From: a bacterium
Lineage (GTDB): Bacteria; JADJOY01
Assembly (NCBI GenBank): GCA_046331705.1
Contig: JAXLQJ010000046.1
Span: 1-59,037, forward strand
Direction: 5' to 3'
Length of the DNA stretch: 59,037 bases
How positions within the stretch are numbered: the stretch's first letter is position 1; each line of letters starts with the position of its first letter. The notes under the pieces are model-generated. The model saw only the letters and a list, made by a program, of their open reading frames with translations, did not search any database and was not told the DNA's origin. Positions 19,992 through 29,032 of the stretch are shown here, piece after piece. The position numbers and the translations under genes were made by a program.

Positions 19992-21164
19992 TCAGGGCGC
20001 GGCGGCGCTCACGGGCGGCACGGCCCAAGTCGCCTCGGCGCGGCTGGCGGTGGCGGCGCGCGGCGCCGGGCCAGGCTCGAGGAAACAACATCCCACGCAC
20101 GACGGGAACGGTCCCCGGCTGCGGAGATGGCTGCGGAACTCGCGGAACTCGGGACCATTCCAGATCTCGCGGATCGAGTGTTGGCGCACCGAGCGGGTCG
20201 AGAAGAGCTTACAGGCGTAGACCTCGCCGCGCGGCAGCACGCCGACCCGCGACCACGGATGCCGGCAGCTCGAGGTGCCGAGGTCCACCGCCTTGCGGAT
20301 GTGGTGCTCGAGGTGGTCGGGAGTGACGTCGAGCGGGATCAGGAACGCCTCCGTGGGGCCGCCCGTGAAGCTCGCCAGGATGGCGCGCAGACGAGCGGCG
20401 AGCCCGTCGAGCGACGCCGTGTGCGGGGCCTTGGTGCCCTCGCCTCGGGCCAGCACGCCGTCGGCGCCAGGTCGAAGCGTGACCTTGCCCGGGTCTTCCT
20501 CCTTCAGCACGAAGTAGTCGACCGCTTCGGCGCGGGCGAGCTGGGCGAGCGCTTCGAGCGCGCCCAGGTTCTCCTTCAACACCGCGCTCTTGAGCGTCAG
20601 CTTGGGAAAGCGGCGTCCGAGCCGGTTGCGCTCGTCGCGAAGCGTGCGGAGCGCGGCGAGCGCGCGATCGAACGAGCCCGCCCGCCGCGTGATCGCGTCG
20701 TGGACGTCGCGCGGCCCGAGGATCGAGAAATCCACGGCGGCGAGCCCGGGGCGAGGCAGTCCGCGGCTGCCGAGCGCGGCCAGCGCGCGCGCGCCTGCGG
20801 CATCGAGCAAGGTGCCGTTGGTCTCGACCGTCACCAGCCGGAGCGCCGCGAGACGCGTGAGGATCGCCACCAGGTCCGCGCGGGCGAAGGGCTCGCCGCC
20901 GCTGATCGACACCAGCCGCGCCGTGGGCAGATCGCGCACCACGCGCTCGATCTCCTCCGCGGTCAGGTGGTCGGCGTCGGGCTGCATCGGCGTGGACGCT
21001 TCGCCGAGCGTGCCGCGATAGAAGCACATGCGGCAGTCGAGATTGCAGCGATCGGTGACCTCGAGGAAGAGCTGCGCTGGCGGCAGCGCCCAGCCGCCGA
21101 GTCGCCGGCCGAGGAAGCCGTGCGCCGACATGCCGAGCGCGTAGACGTCCTTCAGCCCAGGCAT
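19992..21164 (-). CDS. radical SAM protein with SPASM/twitch domain
   Basis: EVTDRCNLDCRMC, SGGEPF, ETNGT, HDAI; CRHPW..GEVYAC..IREIWNG..PSCVGCC. Confidence 0.92.
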   Translation of the reverse strand: MPGLKDVYALGMSAHGFLGRRLGGWALPPAQLFLEVTDRCNLDCRMCFYRGTLGEASTPMQPDADHLTAEEIERVVRDLPTARLVSISGGEPFARADLVAILTRLAALRLVTVETNGTLLDAAGARALAALGSRGLPRPGLAAVDFSILGPRDVHDAITRRAGSFDRALAALRTLRDERNRLGRRFPKLTLKSAVLKENLGALEALAQLARAEAVDYFVLKEEDPGKVTLRPGADGVLARGEGTKAPHTASLDGLAARLRAILASFTGGPTEAFLIPLDVTPDHLEHHIRKAVDLGTSSCRHPWSRVGVLPRGEVYACKLFSTRSVRQHSIREIWNGPEFREFRSHLRSRGPFPSCVGCCFLEPGPAPRAATASRAEATWAVPPVSAAAP

Positions 21165-21198
21165 CTCGAGCCCATCGGCGCGCCGGCGGTCGAGCGAA

Positions 21199-22581
21199 TC
21201 ACCAGTCGCCCTGCTCGCGATGCAAGGCGTTGTAGATGTCGAAGGCCACGGTGCCGTTCTTGGTCACGTAGCACATGTGGCAGCTCGAGGCTTCGCGCAG
21301 GTCGAGGGTGTCGACGTTGTGGAACTTCTCGACCGTGAGGAAGAGCAGGCCGCGCGGCGGCTGGCGCGTGGCGTAGCGCAGGATGTCGCCCACGGCGGGC
21401 GCGAAGCGCGCCAGCTTGAGACCGCGGCCCAGCACGGCAGCGGGAGAGTCGAGGCGGGTGATGGGCGCGTAGTCGTGCGCGTCGCCCACCACCACCATCG
21501 GCAGGGTCGAGAGCTTCTGGCGCAGCTCCTCGCGCCCGGTGACCCGGTAGAGGCGCGACAACCACGTCACCGAGTCGACGAAGTCGCTCGGTCGGATGCG
21601 TCCGCCGGTCTCCGACTCGATCGCCGCCAGCGCATCCGCCACGTGGGTGGAGTCCGGCACGCCGGCGATGGACTCGTTCCGCACCACCCGCGAGTGCGGG
21701 TAGAAGCTCACCCAGAAGATGCCGTTCTCGAGCGCGAATCGGATGATCGGACCGATCTGGTCGGTGTTGAGGTCTTGGACGAGCATCACCGCGAACTGGA
21801 CCTTGATGTTCGCGGCCCGCAGCTTCTCGATCACCTCGAGCTTGTTGTCGATGAGCCCCTGACCCCGGGTCTTCTCGTAGATCGCGTCGTCGAAGCCGTC
21901 GAATTGCAGGATCACCCATTCGAGACCGGCAGCCTTGAGCTCCTCGATCTTCCCGGGGCGCGTCAGCAACGAGCCGTTGGTGTTGAGCCGCGGCACGTAG
22001 CCACGCGCCTTCACCGCCCGGATGAGCTCCGGCAGGTCCTTGCGCACCGTCGGCTCGCCGCCGATCAGGCAGACGTTGGGGCGGAAGCCGCGCGCGGGGG
22101 GCTCGGGCAGCACGTGCTCGATCATCGCCGGGGTCAGCAGCCCGGTTTCGATCTCGTTGGCTCCCGCCAGGCACACCGGGCAATGGAAATTGCAGCGCCC
22201 GGTGACGTTCAGCATGATCGTGTACGTCCACTCGAAGTGCCGGTCGCAGCGGATGCCGCGCGCGCACTCAGGCACCTCGCAACCCTTGTCCTTGGGCAGC
22301 ACCGCGTCGATCGCGCGGTAGAGTGCCGCGTCCTTCCAGTAGAGATCGGTGCGGCGCCCGTGGCTGGGGCAGTCGCGCCACATGTGGAGGTCGCCGTCGC
22401 GCTCGAAGAGCAGCGCCGGGACGACCACACGGCAATCCGGACAGAGCGAGACCGTCTCCGCCAGTGCGGTCGCCGGGCGCGGCGCGCCGGCGAGCAGCGC
22501 TTCGGGAGCGATCCGCAGCGGCCGGGGCGTCGCCGCCGGCAGGGCTTCCGGCGCGGTGAACGGGAGGATCTGCGCGCTCAA
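21199..22581 (-). CDS. radical SAM protein of the tetraether lipid synthase (Tes/GDGT-MAS, MJ0619)-like family, divergent
   Basis: N-terminal TVSLCPDC..CPSHG..DLYW metal site; Cys cluster CEVPECARGIRCDRH; NVTGRCNFHCPVC; GGEPTVR; LNTNG; LQFDG; GGRIRPSDF; C-terminal CHMCYVTKNGTVAFDIYN. TTG start uncertain. Confidence 0.75.
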   Translation of the reverse strand: MSAQILPFTAPEALPAATPRPLRIAPEALLAGAPRPATALAETVSLCPDCRVVVPALLFERDGDLHMWRDCPSHGRRTDLYWKDAALYRAIDAVLPKDKGCEVPECARGIRCDRHFEWTYTIMLNVTGRCNFHCPVCLAGANEIETGLLTPAMIEHVLPEPPARGFRPNVCLIGGEPTVRKDLPELIRAVKARGYVPRLNTNGSLLTRPGKIEELKAAGLEWVILQFDGFDDAIYEKTRGQGLIDNKLEVIEKLRAANIKVQFAVMLVQDLNTDQIGPIIRFALENGIFWVSFYPHSRVVRNESIAGVPDSTHVADALAAIESETGGRIRPSDFVDSVTWLSRLYRVTGREELRQKLSTLPMVVVGDAHDYAPITRLDSPAAVLGRGLKLARFAPAVGDILRYATRQPPRGLLFLTVEKFHNVDTLDLREASSCHMCYVTKNGTVAFDIYNALHREQGDW

Positions 22582-22801
22582 GGAACGGAGGTGGGAACGC
22601 TCGATGGTGCGTTCGCGAACGAGTGGCGCGCGAGGGGGACGCCGCGCGGATGCTAGCTCAGATCCACGACCCGTTGCCAGTTGAGGGGAGCTTGGAGCGC
22701 CGTCGCGGTCCCGGGTTCCGAGGGGAGGATGCCGGCGCGGCCCGCACCGTCCGTGCGCGAGGCGAGGCGCGGTGACGATGACGGTCGCGGGGGTGCCGGC
22801 G

Positions 22802-23632
22802 TCAGTTGGCGGCAGGGCAGTTCGGATGGCGCTTGATCAGGGCGCGCAGCTCGGGGCTCTGGCGCACGAGGGTCTGCTTCAAGAGGTGCGCCAAGAGTGA
22901 CGGCGGTGTCGGCCCCCACTGGGCGATGTTTCGGATCAGCAGCGACGACTGGTAGGTCTGGCGGCAGAGCAGCGCCGTGGCCTTGCCGTCGAGTGGTAGC
23001 CCGGCCAGCGCGCTCAGCGCGCGGCCCTCGCTGCGCAGCACCAGGTCGACTTTCTCCTCGGGGCTGCACTGCGCGAAACGCGAGCGCAGGCACTCGCGCG
23101 CGGTGCCCTTGTTTCGATCCGTGACCTCGTGGCTCTGGCAGACGTTCCAGATGTCGAGGCACCGACGGTGCGAGAGAATGCGGCGCAGCAGGTGGATTGG
23201 AGTCTGCGGGTTGCGCAGCAGCAGGCGTTGCACCTCGCCATCGCCCACGATCACGCCCCGCGCTCCCAGCGCATCGAGCCCCGCAGCGTTGCCGTGGTGC
23301 GCCGCCACCAGTCGCGCGTGGACGAGGCCGAAACGCGGGTTGTCGAGCAGCCGCCGGACGACCCGCGAGACGGGGTCGTAGCAGAGCGCGGAGAGCTCGG
23401 GGTCCGCGACCTGCGTCGCCATGCTCTCGCGGATGTCGGCGCCGAGCTGATGCAGCGCGGACTCGAAGAGCGCGCGATGCACGTCGCCGCCGGCGGCGTG
23501 GGGCGCGCGCAGCGGCGCGCGGTGCTCGATCAGCGCCACCTGATCGGTCAGGTCCGGGATCTCGTCGGTTCGCGCCTCTCCCGCGCCCGAGCGACCTCCG
23601 GTTTTCGTGCCGCCGTGGGAGCGTGTGGCCAT
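22802..23632 (-). CDS. hypothetical helical-repeat (LRV/HEAT-like) protein
   Basis: Repeated LLxNPxTP/HPNCP-type motifs (LLDNPRFG, LLRNPQTP, IKRHPNCP). Confidence 0.65.
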   Translation of the reverse strand: MATRSHGGTKTGGRSGAGEARTDEIPDLTDQVALIEHRAPLRAPHAAGGDVHRALFESALHQLGADIRESMATQVADPELSALCYDPVSRVVRRLLDNPRFGLVHARLVAAHHGNAAGLDALGARGVIVGDGEVQRLLLRNPQTPIHLLRRILSHRRCLDIWNVCQSHEVTDRNKGTARECLRSRFAQCSPEEKVDLVLRSEGRALSALAGLPLDGKATALLCRQTYQSSLLIRNIAQWGPTPPSLLAHLLKQTLVRQSPELRALIKRHPNCPAAN

Positions 23633-24148
23633 GGCGAGCGTTCCCCGCGCCGCATTGCACGGCCCGACGCGGAGGCGGGGGCGCGGGCCGAGGCGCGACC
23701 TCGGTACTTCACGACTCGAGCCTAGCAGCTGGGGCGACGCGTCGTGACGGGGCCCTCGCGGTGCCGGCGACCGAGCTCGCAGGCTGGCTCGGTGCGCGCT
23801 TCCGGTAGCGGATCGGTGACGGGGCAGGGCGAGAGATGGTGATGCACGTTACGGTCCTGTCGGCGTACCGATCCGCCACGTTTCCTCGGGGGGACGTTCG
23901 CCCGCCACCGCGCTGCCCCGCTTGCTGCCGCCCGCCGCAGCCGAACCGGTGGCTCCGGAGAACGCCCGAGAAGTCACGCGTTTTGGCGGTGGGAGCGCGA
24001 GCCGCTCGGGCGCGCTCGCGCGCGGACCGTTCGCGTCGACGTCGAGCTTGCGCCGATATTTCGTCGAAGGCACCACGGTTGCAGCGGCCTGACGCCGTGC
24101 CCAGGCGGGTGGTGCGGCTCGGGTGGCATCCAGAAAGGTGGCGACTGC

Positions 24149-25417
24149 ATGAGCCTCAAACGCCGATTCGACGTCTTGGTGTGCGGCGCGGGGCCCGTCG
24201 GCCTCACGGCGGCGTTGGCGCTGGTGCGCCGCGGCGGTCTCGAGGTGGAGATCGTGGACGAGGCGGATGTGCGCGCGGGGCTGAGTTACGCGCTCGCGCT
24301 GCACCCGTCGACGCTGGCCGAGCTCGCGAAGCTCGGCGTCGCCGACGAGCTGGTGGCGCAGGGGCGCGCGGTCGATCGCATCGCCTTCTACGACGGGGCC
24401 GAGCGCCGTCTCGAGCTCTCCGTCGCCACGCTGGGCGGGCCGTACCCGTTCGTGCTGGTGCTGCCGCAAAATGCCCTCGAGGACGTGCTGCTGAGGGCGC
24501 TCGAGCACGCCGACGTGCAGGTGCGTTATCGCCACCGGCTCGCGCAGATCGATCCAGGCGCGGCAAACGGGGTGTCGTGCAGCATCGACCGCATGGAGCT
24601 CGCTTCCGCGGGCTACGGCGTCTCGCGTTCGGAGTGGACGATCGGCAAACGCCACGAGGTCGCGGTGCCGTTCGTGATCGGCGCCGACGGCCACAACTCG
24701 CTGGTGCGCCGCCAGCTCGGCATCGAGCGGCGTAGCGTGGGCGCGCCGGGGGTCTTCGCCACCTTCGAGCTCGTGACCCCGACGAGCGCTCCCGACGAGA
24801 TGTGCATCACGCTCGCCAACGGCACCCGCAACGTGTGGTGGCCGCTGCCGGGCGAGCGCGTGCGCATGAGCTTCGAGATCGACGACGAGGACGCGCCGAC
24901 CTCGGCGCGGCGCAAGAGCCGGCTGCCGTCCTTCGTACCGTGGCTCACTCGCTCGCTCGACGACGAGCGTCTGCACCAGCTGGTCGCCGAGCGCATGCCG
25001 TGGCTCCGCTGTCCGGAGGGCTCGCTCATGTGGTCGGTGGCGGTGCGCTTCGAGCGCGCGCTCGTCGATACCTTCGGGCGCGGGCGCGTGTGGCTCGCTG
25101 GAGATGCGGCGCACCTGGCGTTCCCCTTCGGGGTCCACAGCATGAACGCGGGCATGTGCGAGGCCGTGGATCTGGCGGATCGCATCGGCCTGGTCGCGCG
25201 CGGGATCGAGAACGTCGCCGCGCTCGACGCATACGGCCGCGTGCAGCGGGCCGAGTGGGAGGCGCGGCTCGGGCTGGGCGGTGGCGGACACGCGCTCGCG
25301 TCCGGAACCGACTGGGACATGGCCCACGCCGACGCGATCCTCGAGTCGTTGCCGGTGTCCCGCGCGGACGCGGGTCCGCTCTTGGCGCAGGCCGGCATCC
25401 GGTTGCCAACCCGCTGA
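24149..25417 (+). CDS. FAD-dependent monooxygenase (class A aromatic hydroxylase family)
   Basis: DVLVCGAGPVGL, IGADGHNSLVR, WLAGDAAH; AGAAAGGTGG RBS. Confidence 0.9.
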   Translation: MSLKRRFDVLVCGAGPVGLTAALALVRRGGLEVEIVDEADVRAGLSYALALHPSTLAELAKLGVADELVAQGRAVDRIAFYDGAERRLELSVATLGGPYPFVLVLPQNALEDVLLRALEHADVQVRYRHRLAQIDPGAANGVSCSIDRMELASAGYGVSRSEWTIGKRHEVAVPFVIGADGHNSLVRRQLGIERRSVGAPGVFATFELVTPTSAPDEMCITLANGTRNVWWPLPGERVRMSFEIDDEDAPTSARRKSRLPSFVPWLTRSLDDERLHQLVAERMPWLRCPEGSLMWSVAVRFERALVDTFGRGRVWLAGDAAHLAFPFGVHSMNAGMCEAVDLADRIGLVARGIENVAALDAYGRVQRAEWEARLGLGGGGHALASGTDWDMAHADAILESLPVSRADAGPLLAQAGIRLPTR

Positions 25418-25496
25418 GGCTCGCCCACGCGCGGCCTCCCGCGACGATCGGACGTGGGCGGTCGAGGCGCGGCGGCGCCGGGCCCGAGAGCCCCGC

Positions 25497-26423
25497 TCAG
25501 CAGCCGCCGGACGCCAGGATGTCGTTGAGGTCGTGCAAGTCGGTGTCGAGCCCGTAGGCGGTCTCGACCTGAAGCGCGCCGGCGAGCAGGCTCGGTACGT
25601 CCACGAAACTCGTGGACGGATCGAGGTTCATCCCCGCGCGCACCTCGTGCGCGAGATGCGTCGCTTCGTAGCTCGTGGCGTTCCACACGTCGCTTGCGGT
25701 CACGTGGTCGTACGCCATCACGGTGATGCCCTCGGCGTACGCGTCGAGGCTCACGAACCAATCGTCGCGTGAGGCGTCGGACGTGGGATCGGCGGGCCAC
25801 GCGATGCGCCCCCCCGAGGTGACGTCGATCCACTCGTGGATGTCCACGTGCAGCGCCACCGGCGGCTCGGCGCTCGACAGCAGATCGCGCACCGGGCCGA
25901 TCACGAGCAACCATTCGGCCACCAGCTCGTAACACGCCACCGGATCGAGCGTCGCGATCTTGCACGCCGGAAAGCTCACCGGCTCGATGTCGAGGTGCAC
26001 CGCGTCGAACTGCTCGGCCACGTCCGCGCGCGCGGCGTTGAAGTCGAGCACGCGCTCGGTCACGTGCTGGTAGAGCGCGCTCGGGTTGGTGAGATAGCTC
26101 GAATCCGAGAGCAGGTACTCGGACGTCATGCCGCGGTCGTGCAGATCCACGTTGAAGGTCGCGACCTGGCTCGCCGAGGGCACGTTGCTCCCCGTCATCG
26201 GCCCGTACGAGCCGTACATGCGGCGAATGCCGCAGGCGAACGCGGCGTCGGCGACGTCCGTGGGCGAGAGCGCGCCGGTGCCGGCGAAGACTTCTTCGAT
26301 GCCGTGGGGATCACCGGCCCCGGGATGGCGATACCACCACGAGCCGCGATCCGGGGCGCTGCAGCCCAGCGTTGCAGCGACGAGGGCGAGGAGCGCGGCT
26401 CGGATCGGTCGGCGGTTCCACAT
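25497..26423 (-). CDS. hypothetical lipoprotein, possible TIM-barrel glycoside-hydrolase-like fold
   Basis: Lipobox signal MWNRRPIRAALLALVAATLGC; FDAVHLDIEP, GITVMAYD; CAGGAG RBS. Confidence 0.65.
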   Translation of the reverse strand: MWNRRPIRAALLALVAATLGCSAPDRGSWWYRHPGAGDPHGIEEVFAGTGALSPTDVADAAFACGIRRMYGSYGPMTGSNVPSASQVATFNVDLHDRGMTSEYLLSDSSYLTNPSALYQHVTERVLDFNAARADVAEQFDAVHLDIEPVSFPACKIATLDPVACYELVAEWLLVIGPVRDLLSSAEPPVALHVDIHEWIDVTSGGRIAWPADPTSDASRDDWFVSLDAYAEGITVMAYDHVTASDVWNATSYEATHLAHEVRAGMNLDPSTSFVDVPSLLAGALQVETAYGLDTDLHDLNDILASGGC

Positions 26424-26482
26424 GAGCTTCTCCTGCGTCGGCGGGCTCGCGCGATCATACGCCCGCGCGCGGCGGTTGCGCC

Positions 26483-27355
26483 TCAGCGCGACGGATCGTG
26501 AGCTGTCACGGCGAGCGAGCGAGCGGGGTGGAGCCCGGCGACGTGTCCCATGAACGGCGGATGAATGCTGTAGCCGAGCAGCGACTGCAAGCGCGGCGAC
26601 ATGCGCGCCGCGCGGGCGGGCGCGATCGACAGGAAGAAGTTCTCCTGCTGTCGCGCCCACGGGGCGCAATATTGATTCGAGAACGCGAGCCGCGGTGCCG
26701 AGCTCACGTTGGCGCCGCCGCGGTGCAGCAACGTGCCGTGGAAGACGACGACGGAGCCCGCGTCCATGACCACCGTCTCGACGCAGCCGGCGATCGCCTC
26801 GGGCAGCGCGGCCGCGGGCTTGGGCGCGCGCGGCAGGCGTGGGTCGGGGGCGAACTCGGCGGGAAGCTCGCGCAGGAACTGGTCCACCTGGGCATCGTCC
26901 CAACGATGGCTGCCGGGCACGACCTGTGTCGCGCCGTTCGTCTCGGTGAAGGGGTCGACGGCGAAGATCGTGCTCACGCTGACGGGTGGACGCGGCCGTG
27001 GGATCCGGTAGAACGAATCGTCCGTGTGGAAGGGCTGTTCGGTCTCTCCTGGAAAGATCTGGATCGCCTGCGAGGCGGTGAGCAGGTAGTTGGGCTCGAG
27101 AACGCGATCGCAGATGGCGAGGATGCGGGGATCTTCGGTGATGCGCTCGAAGATCGGCGCCAGCGCGACCAGTGAATAGACGCGTTGCGTGGCGTAGCCT
27201 TCGAAGTTGTTGCGGCCGAGCTTCGGTTGCTCGATCCACGGGGCGAGCCCCGCGCGGATCTCCACTCGGTCGGCGGACGAGAGGATGTCGCTGAGCACCA
27301 CGAACCCCCGTCGATCGAGCTCGTCGAGCGCCGCGTCGCTGGCGAACGTGTCCAC
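26483..27355 (-). CDS. phytanoyl-CoA dioxygenase (PhyH) family Fe(II)/2OG dioxygenase
   Basis: QPFHTDD (HxD), FTETNGATQVVPGSH, GTLLHRGGAN, RQQEN; GTG start inferred. Confidence 0.9.
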   Translation of the reverse strand: MDTFASDAALDELDRRGFVVLSDILSSADRVEIRAGLAPWIEQPKLGRNNFEGYATQRVYSLVALAPIFERITEDPRILAICDRVLEPNYLLTASQAIQIFPGETEQPFHTDDSFYRIPRPRPPVSVSTIFAVDPFTETNGATQVVPGSHRWDDAQVDQFLRELPAEFAPDPRLPRAPKPAAALPEAIAGCVETVVMDAGSVVVFHGTLLHRGGANVSSAPRLAFSNQYCAPWARQQENFFLSIAPARAARMSPRLQSLLGYSIHPPFMGHVAGLHPARSLAVTAHDPSR

Positions 27356-27365
27356 GGGCGTCAGG

Positions 27366-29003
27366 TTGCCGCTCCGATGCGCGCCCGACAACCACACCGG
27401 AGCGCCCCGGAGCGCGGTCGGCGGGCGTCTCGGTCGGCGGCGCGCTGGCTGGCTCTGCGCCGCCGTTCTCGGTCTGGCGGCGTGCGCGAGCGACCCGGCC
27501 GGCAGCGCGGTGCTGCGCTTCCCGGCGGCGTTTCGTTTCGGCGCCGCAACGTCCGCGCACCAGGTCGAGGGGAACCAGCACAACACCTGGAGCGAGTGGG
27601 AGACGCTGCCCCAATTCGCAGCACAGGTGGTCGAGCCGTCGGGGATCGCCGATGACGAGTACCGCCGCTTCGAGGAGGACCTCGATTGGGTGGCGTCGAT
27701 GGGCCTCGACACCTACCGCTTCTCGGTGGAGTGGTCGCGCATCGAGCCGGTTCGGGGCCAGATCGACGAAGCGGCGCTGGCGCACTACCGCGCCGAGCTG
27801 GACGCGCTCCACGCACGCGGTCTGCGCGCCTCCGTGACCTTGCACCACTTCACCGAGCCCACGTGGTTCGTGAATCTCGCCGGCATCCGTCCCGGAGACC
27901 CGTCCAGCTATTGCCCCGAGGGACCGACGCCGAACGATTTCTGCTCGTGGAGCAATCCCGAGTCGCCAAGCGCCTTCGGGACTTTCTGCGGCGTGGTCGC
28001 CGCTGCGCTGGGCAACCGGGTCGACGAGTGGATGACGATCAACGAGCTCACCGGCTACTGGCTGAACAGCAGCGTGAGCGGGACCTTCCCGCCGGGGCTC
28101 GTGGCCGCCTCGGAGCCCTTGCGCAGCGAGATCGCCATGCCGCGGCTCAGGAACCTGATCACCGCCCACGTCGCCTGCTACCACGCGATCCACGCGCGCG
28201 ATCGGGTGGACGCGGACGGGGATGGCGCACCGGCGAGGGTGGGGCTCACGATCGGTACGGGCGCGGTGCGCCCCGCGCGACCGGACTCCTCGGGCGATGT
28301 GCGCGCGGCCCGCACCGCCGAGGCGCTCGCGTCGTTCCAGGTCTTCGACGCGCTCACGGGCGCGGGTCTCGACACGGATCTGGACGGAGTTCCCGACGAG
28401 CCGCATCCGGAATGGGCGGGAACGCTCGACCTTCTCGGGCTCCAGTACTACGCGTCGACCGTGGTCGTCGGGCTGCCGTTCGCGCCGCCCTTCTCCGCGT
28501 TGCCGTGCTCGAACGTGGAGCCGGCTTTCCTGGTCGATCTCGAGCTGGCCCTCGGCTGCCCGCCGCCGCCCACCCCGGATTTCCCGCTGGGGCCGGAACC
28601 ACCGCAGCGGACGTTCGGCTTGCAACACGATCCGGAGGGGCTCGGCGAAGTGCTCGACCACCTCGTCGCACGCTATCCAGCGCTGCCGATCGTGATCACG
28701 GAGAACGGCTTCGCCGATGACGCCGACAAGCGCGCATCGTCGATCGTGCGCCACCTGCGCGTGGCGCACGAGGCGATCGCCCGTGGCGTCCCGCTCGAGG
28801 GCTACTACCACTGGTCGCTGCTCGACAACTTCGAATGGGGGCGCGGTTTCGGCGTGCGCTTCGGCCTGATCGCCGTCGCACGCGACCGCGATCTCGCGCG
28901 CTCGCCGACGGTCGCGGCGGAGGTCTATGGCGAGATCGCGCGTGCGCACGGCCTCTCGGCGCGACTGCTTGGCGAGCGCGACGGCGCCGGTGCGCTGCCG
29001 TGA
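27366..29003 (+). CDS. glycoside hydrolase family 1 with probable lipoprotein signal
   Basis: FRFGAATSAHQVEG, YRFSVEWSRIEP, TLHHF, TINE (acid/base), ITENG (nucleophile), WSLLDNFEW; LGLAAC lipobox. Start uncertain. Confidence 0.9.
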   Translation: MPLRCAPDNHTGAPRSAVGGRLGRRRAGWLCAAVLGLAACASDPAGSAVLRFPAAFRFGAATSAHQVEGNQHNTWSEWETLPQFAAQVVEPSGIADDEYRRFEEDLDWVASMGLDTYRFSVEWSRIEPVRGQIDEAALAHYRAELDALHARGLRASVTLHHFTEPTWFVNLAGIRPGDPSSYCPEGPTPNDFCSWSNPESPSAFGTFCGVVAAALGNRVDEWMTINELTGYWLNSSVSGTFPPGLVAASEPLRSEIAMPRLRNLITAHVACYHAIHARDRVDADGDGAPARVGLTIGTGAVRPARPDSSGDVRAARTAEALASFQVFDALTGAGLDTDLDGVPDEPHPEWAGTLDLLGLQYYASTVVVGLPFAPPFSALPCSNVEPAFLVDLELALGCPPPPTPDFPLGPEPPQRTFGLQHDPEGLGEVLDHLVARYPALPIVITENGFADDADKRASSIVRHLRVAHEAIARGVPLEGYYHWSLLDNFEWGRGFGVRFGLIAVARDRDLARSPTVAAEVYGEIARAHGLSARLLGERDGAGALP

Positions 29004-29032
29004 GCGCCGGATGGCTCCCGGTTCGCCGCCGC

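Noticed and set aside
22582-22801. RiPP precursor peptide for the SPASM enzymes
   Set aside because: I found no convincing short ORF with an RBS here or in the 31-34 bp inter-gene gaps, and no PqqD/RRE domain, peptidase or exporter is evident. A distant precursor cannot be excluded.
23633-24148. Hidden gene or ncRNA in the 516-bp divergent intergenic region
   Set aside because: No ORF with protein-like composition and no recognisable RNA motif.
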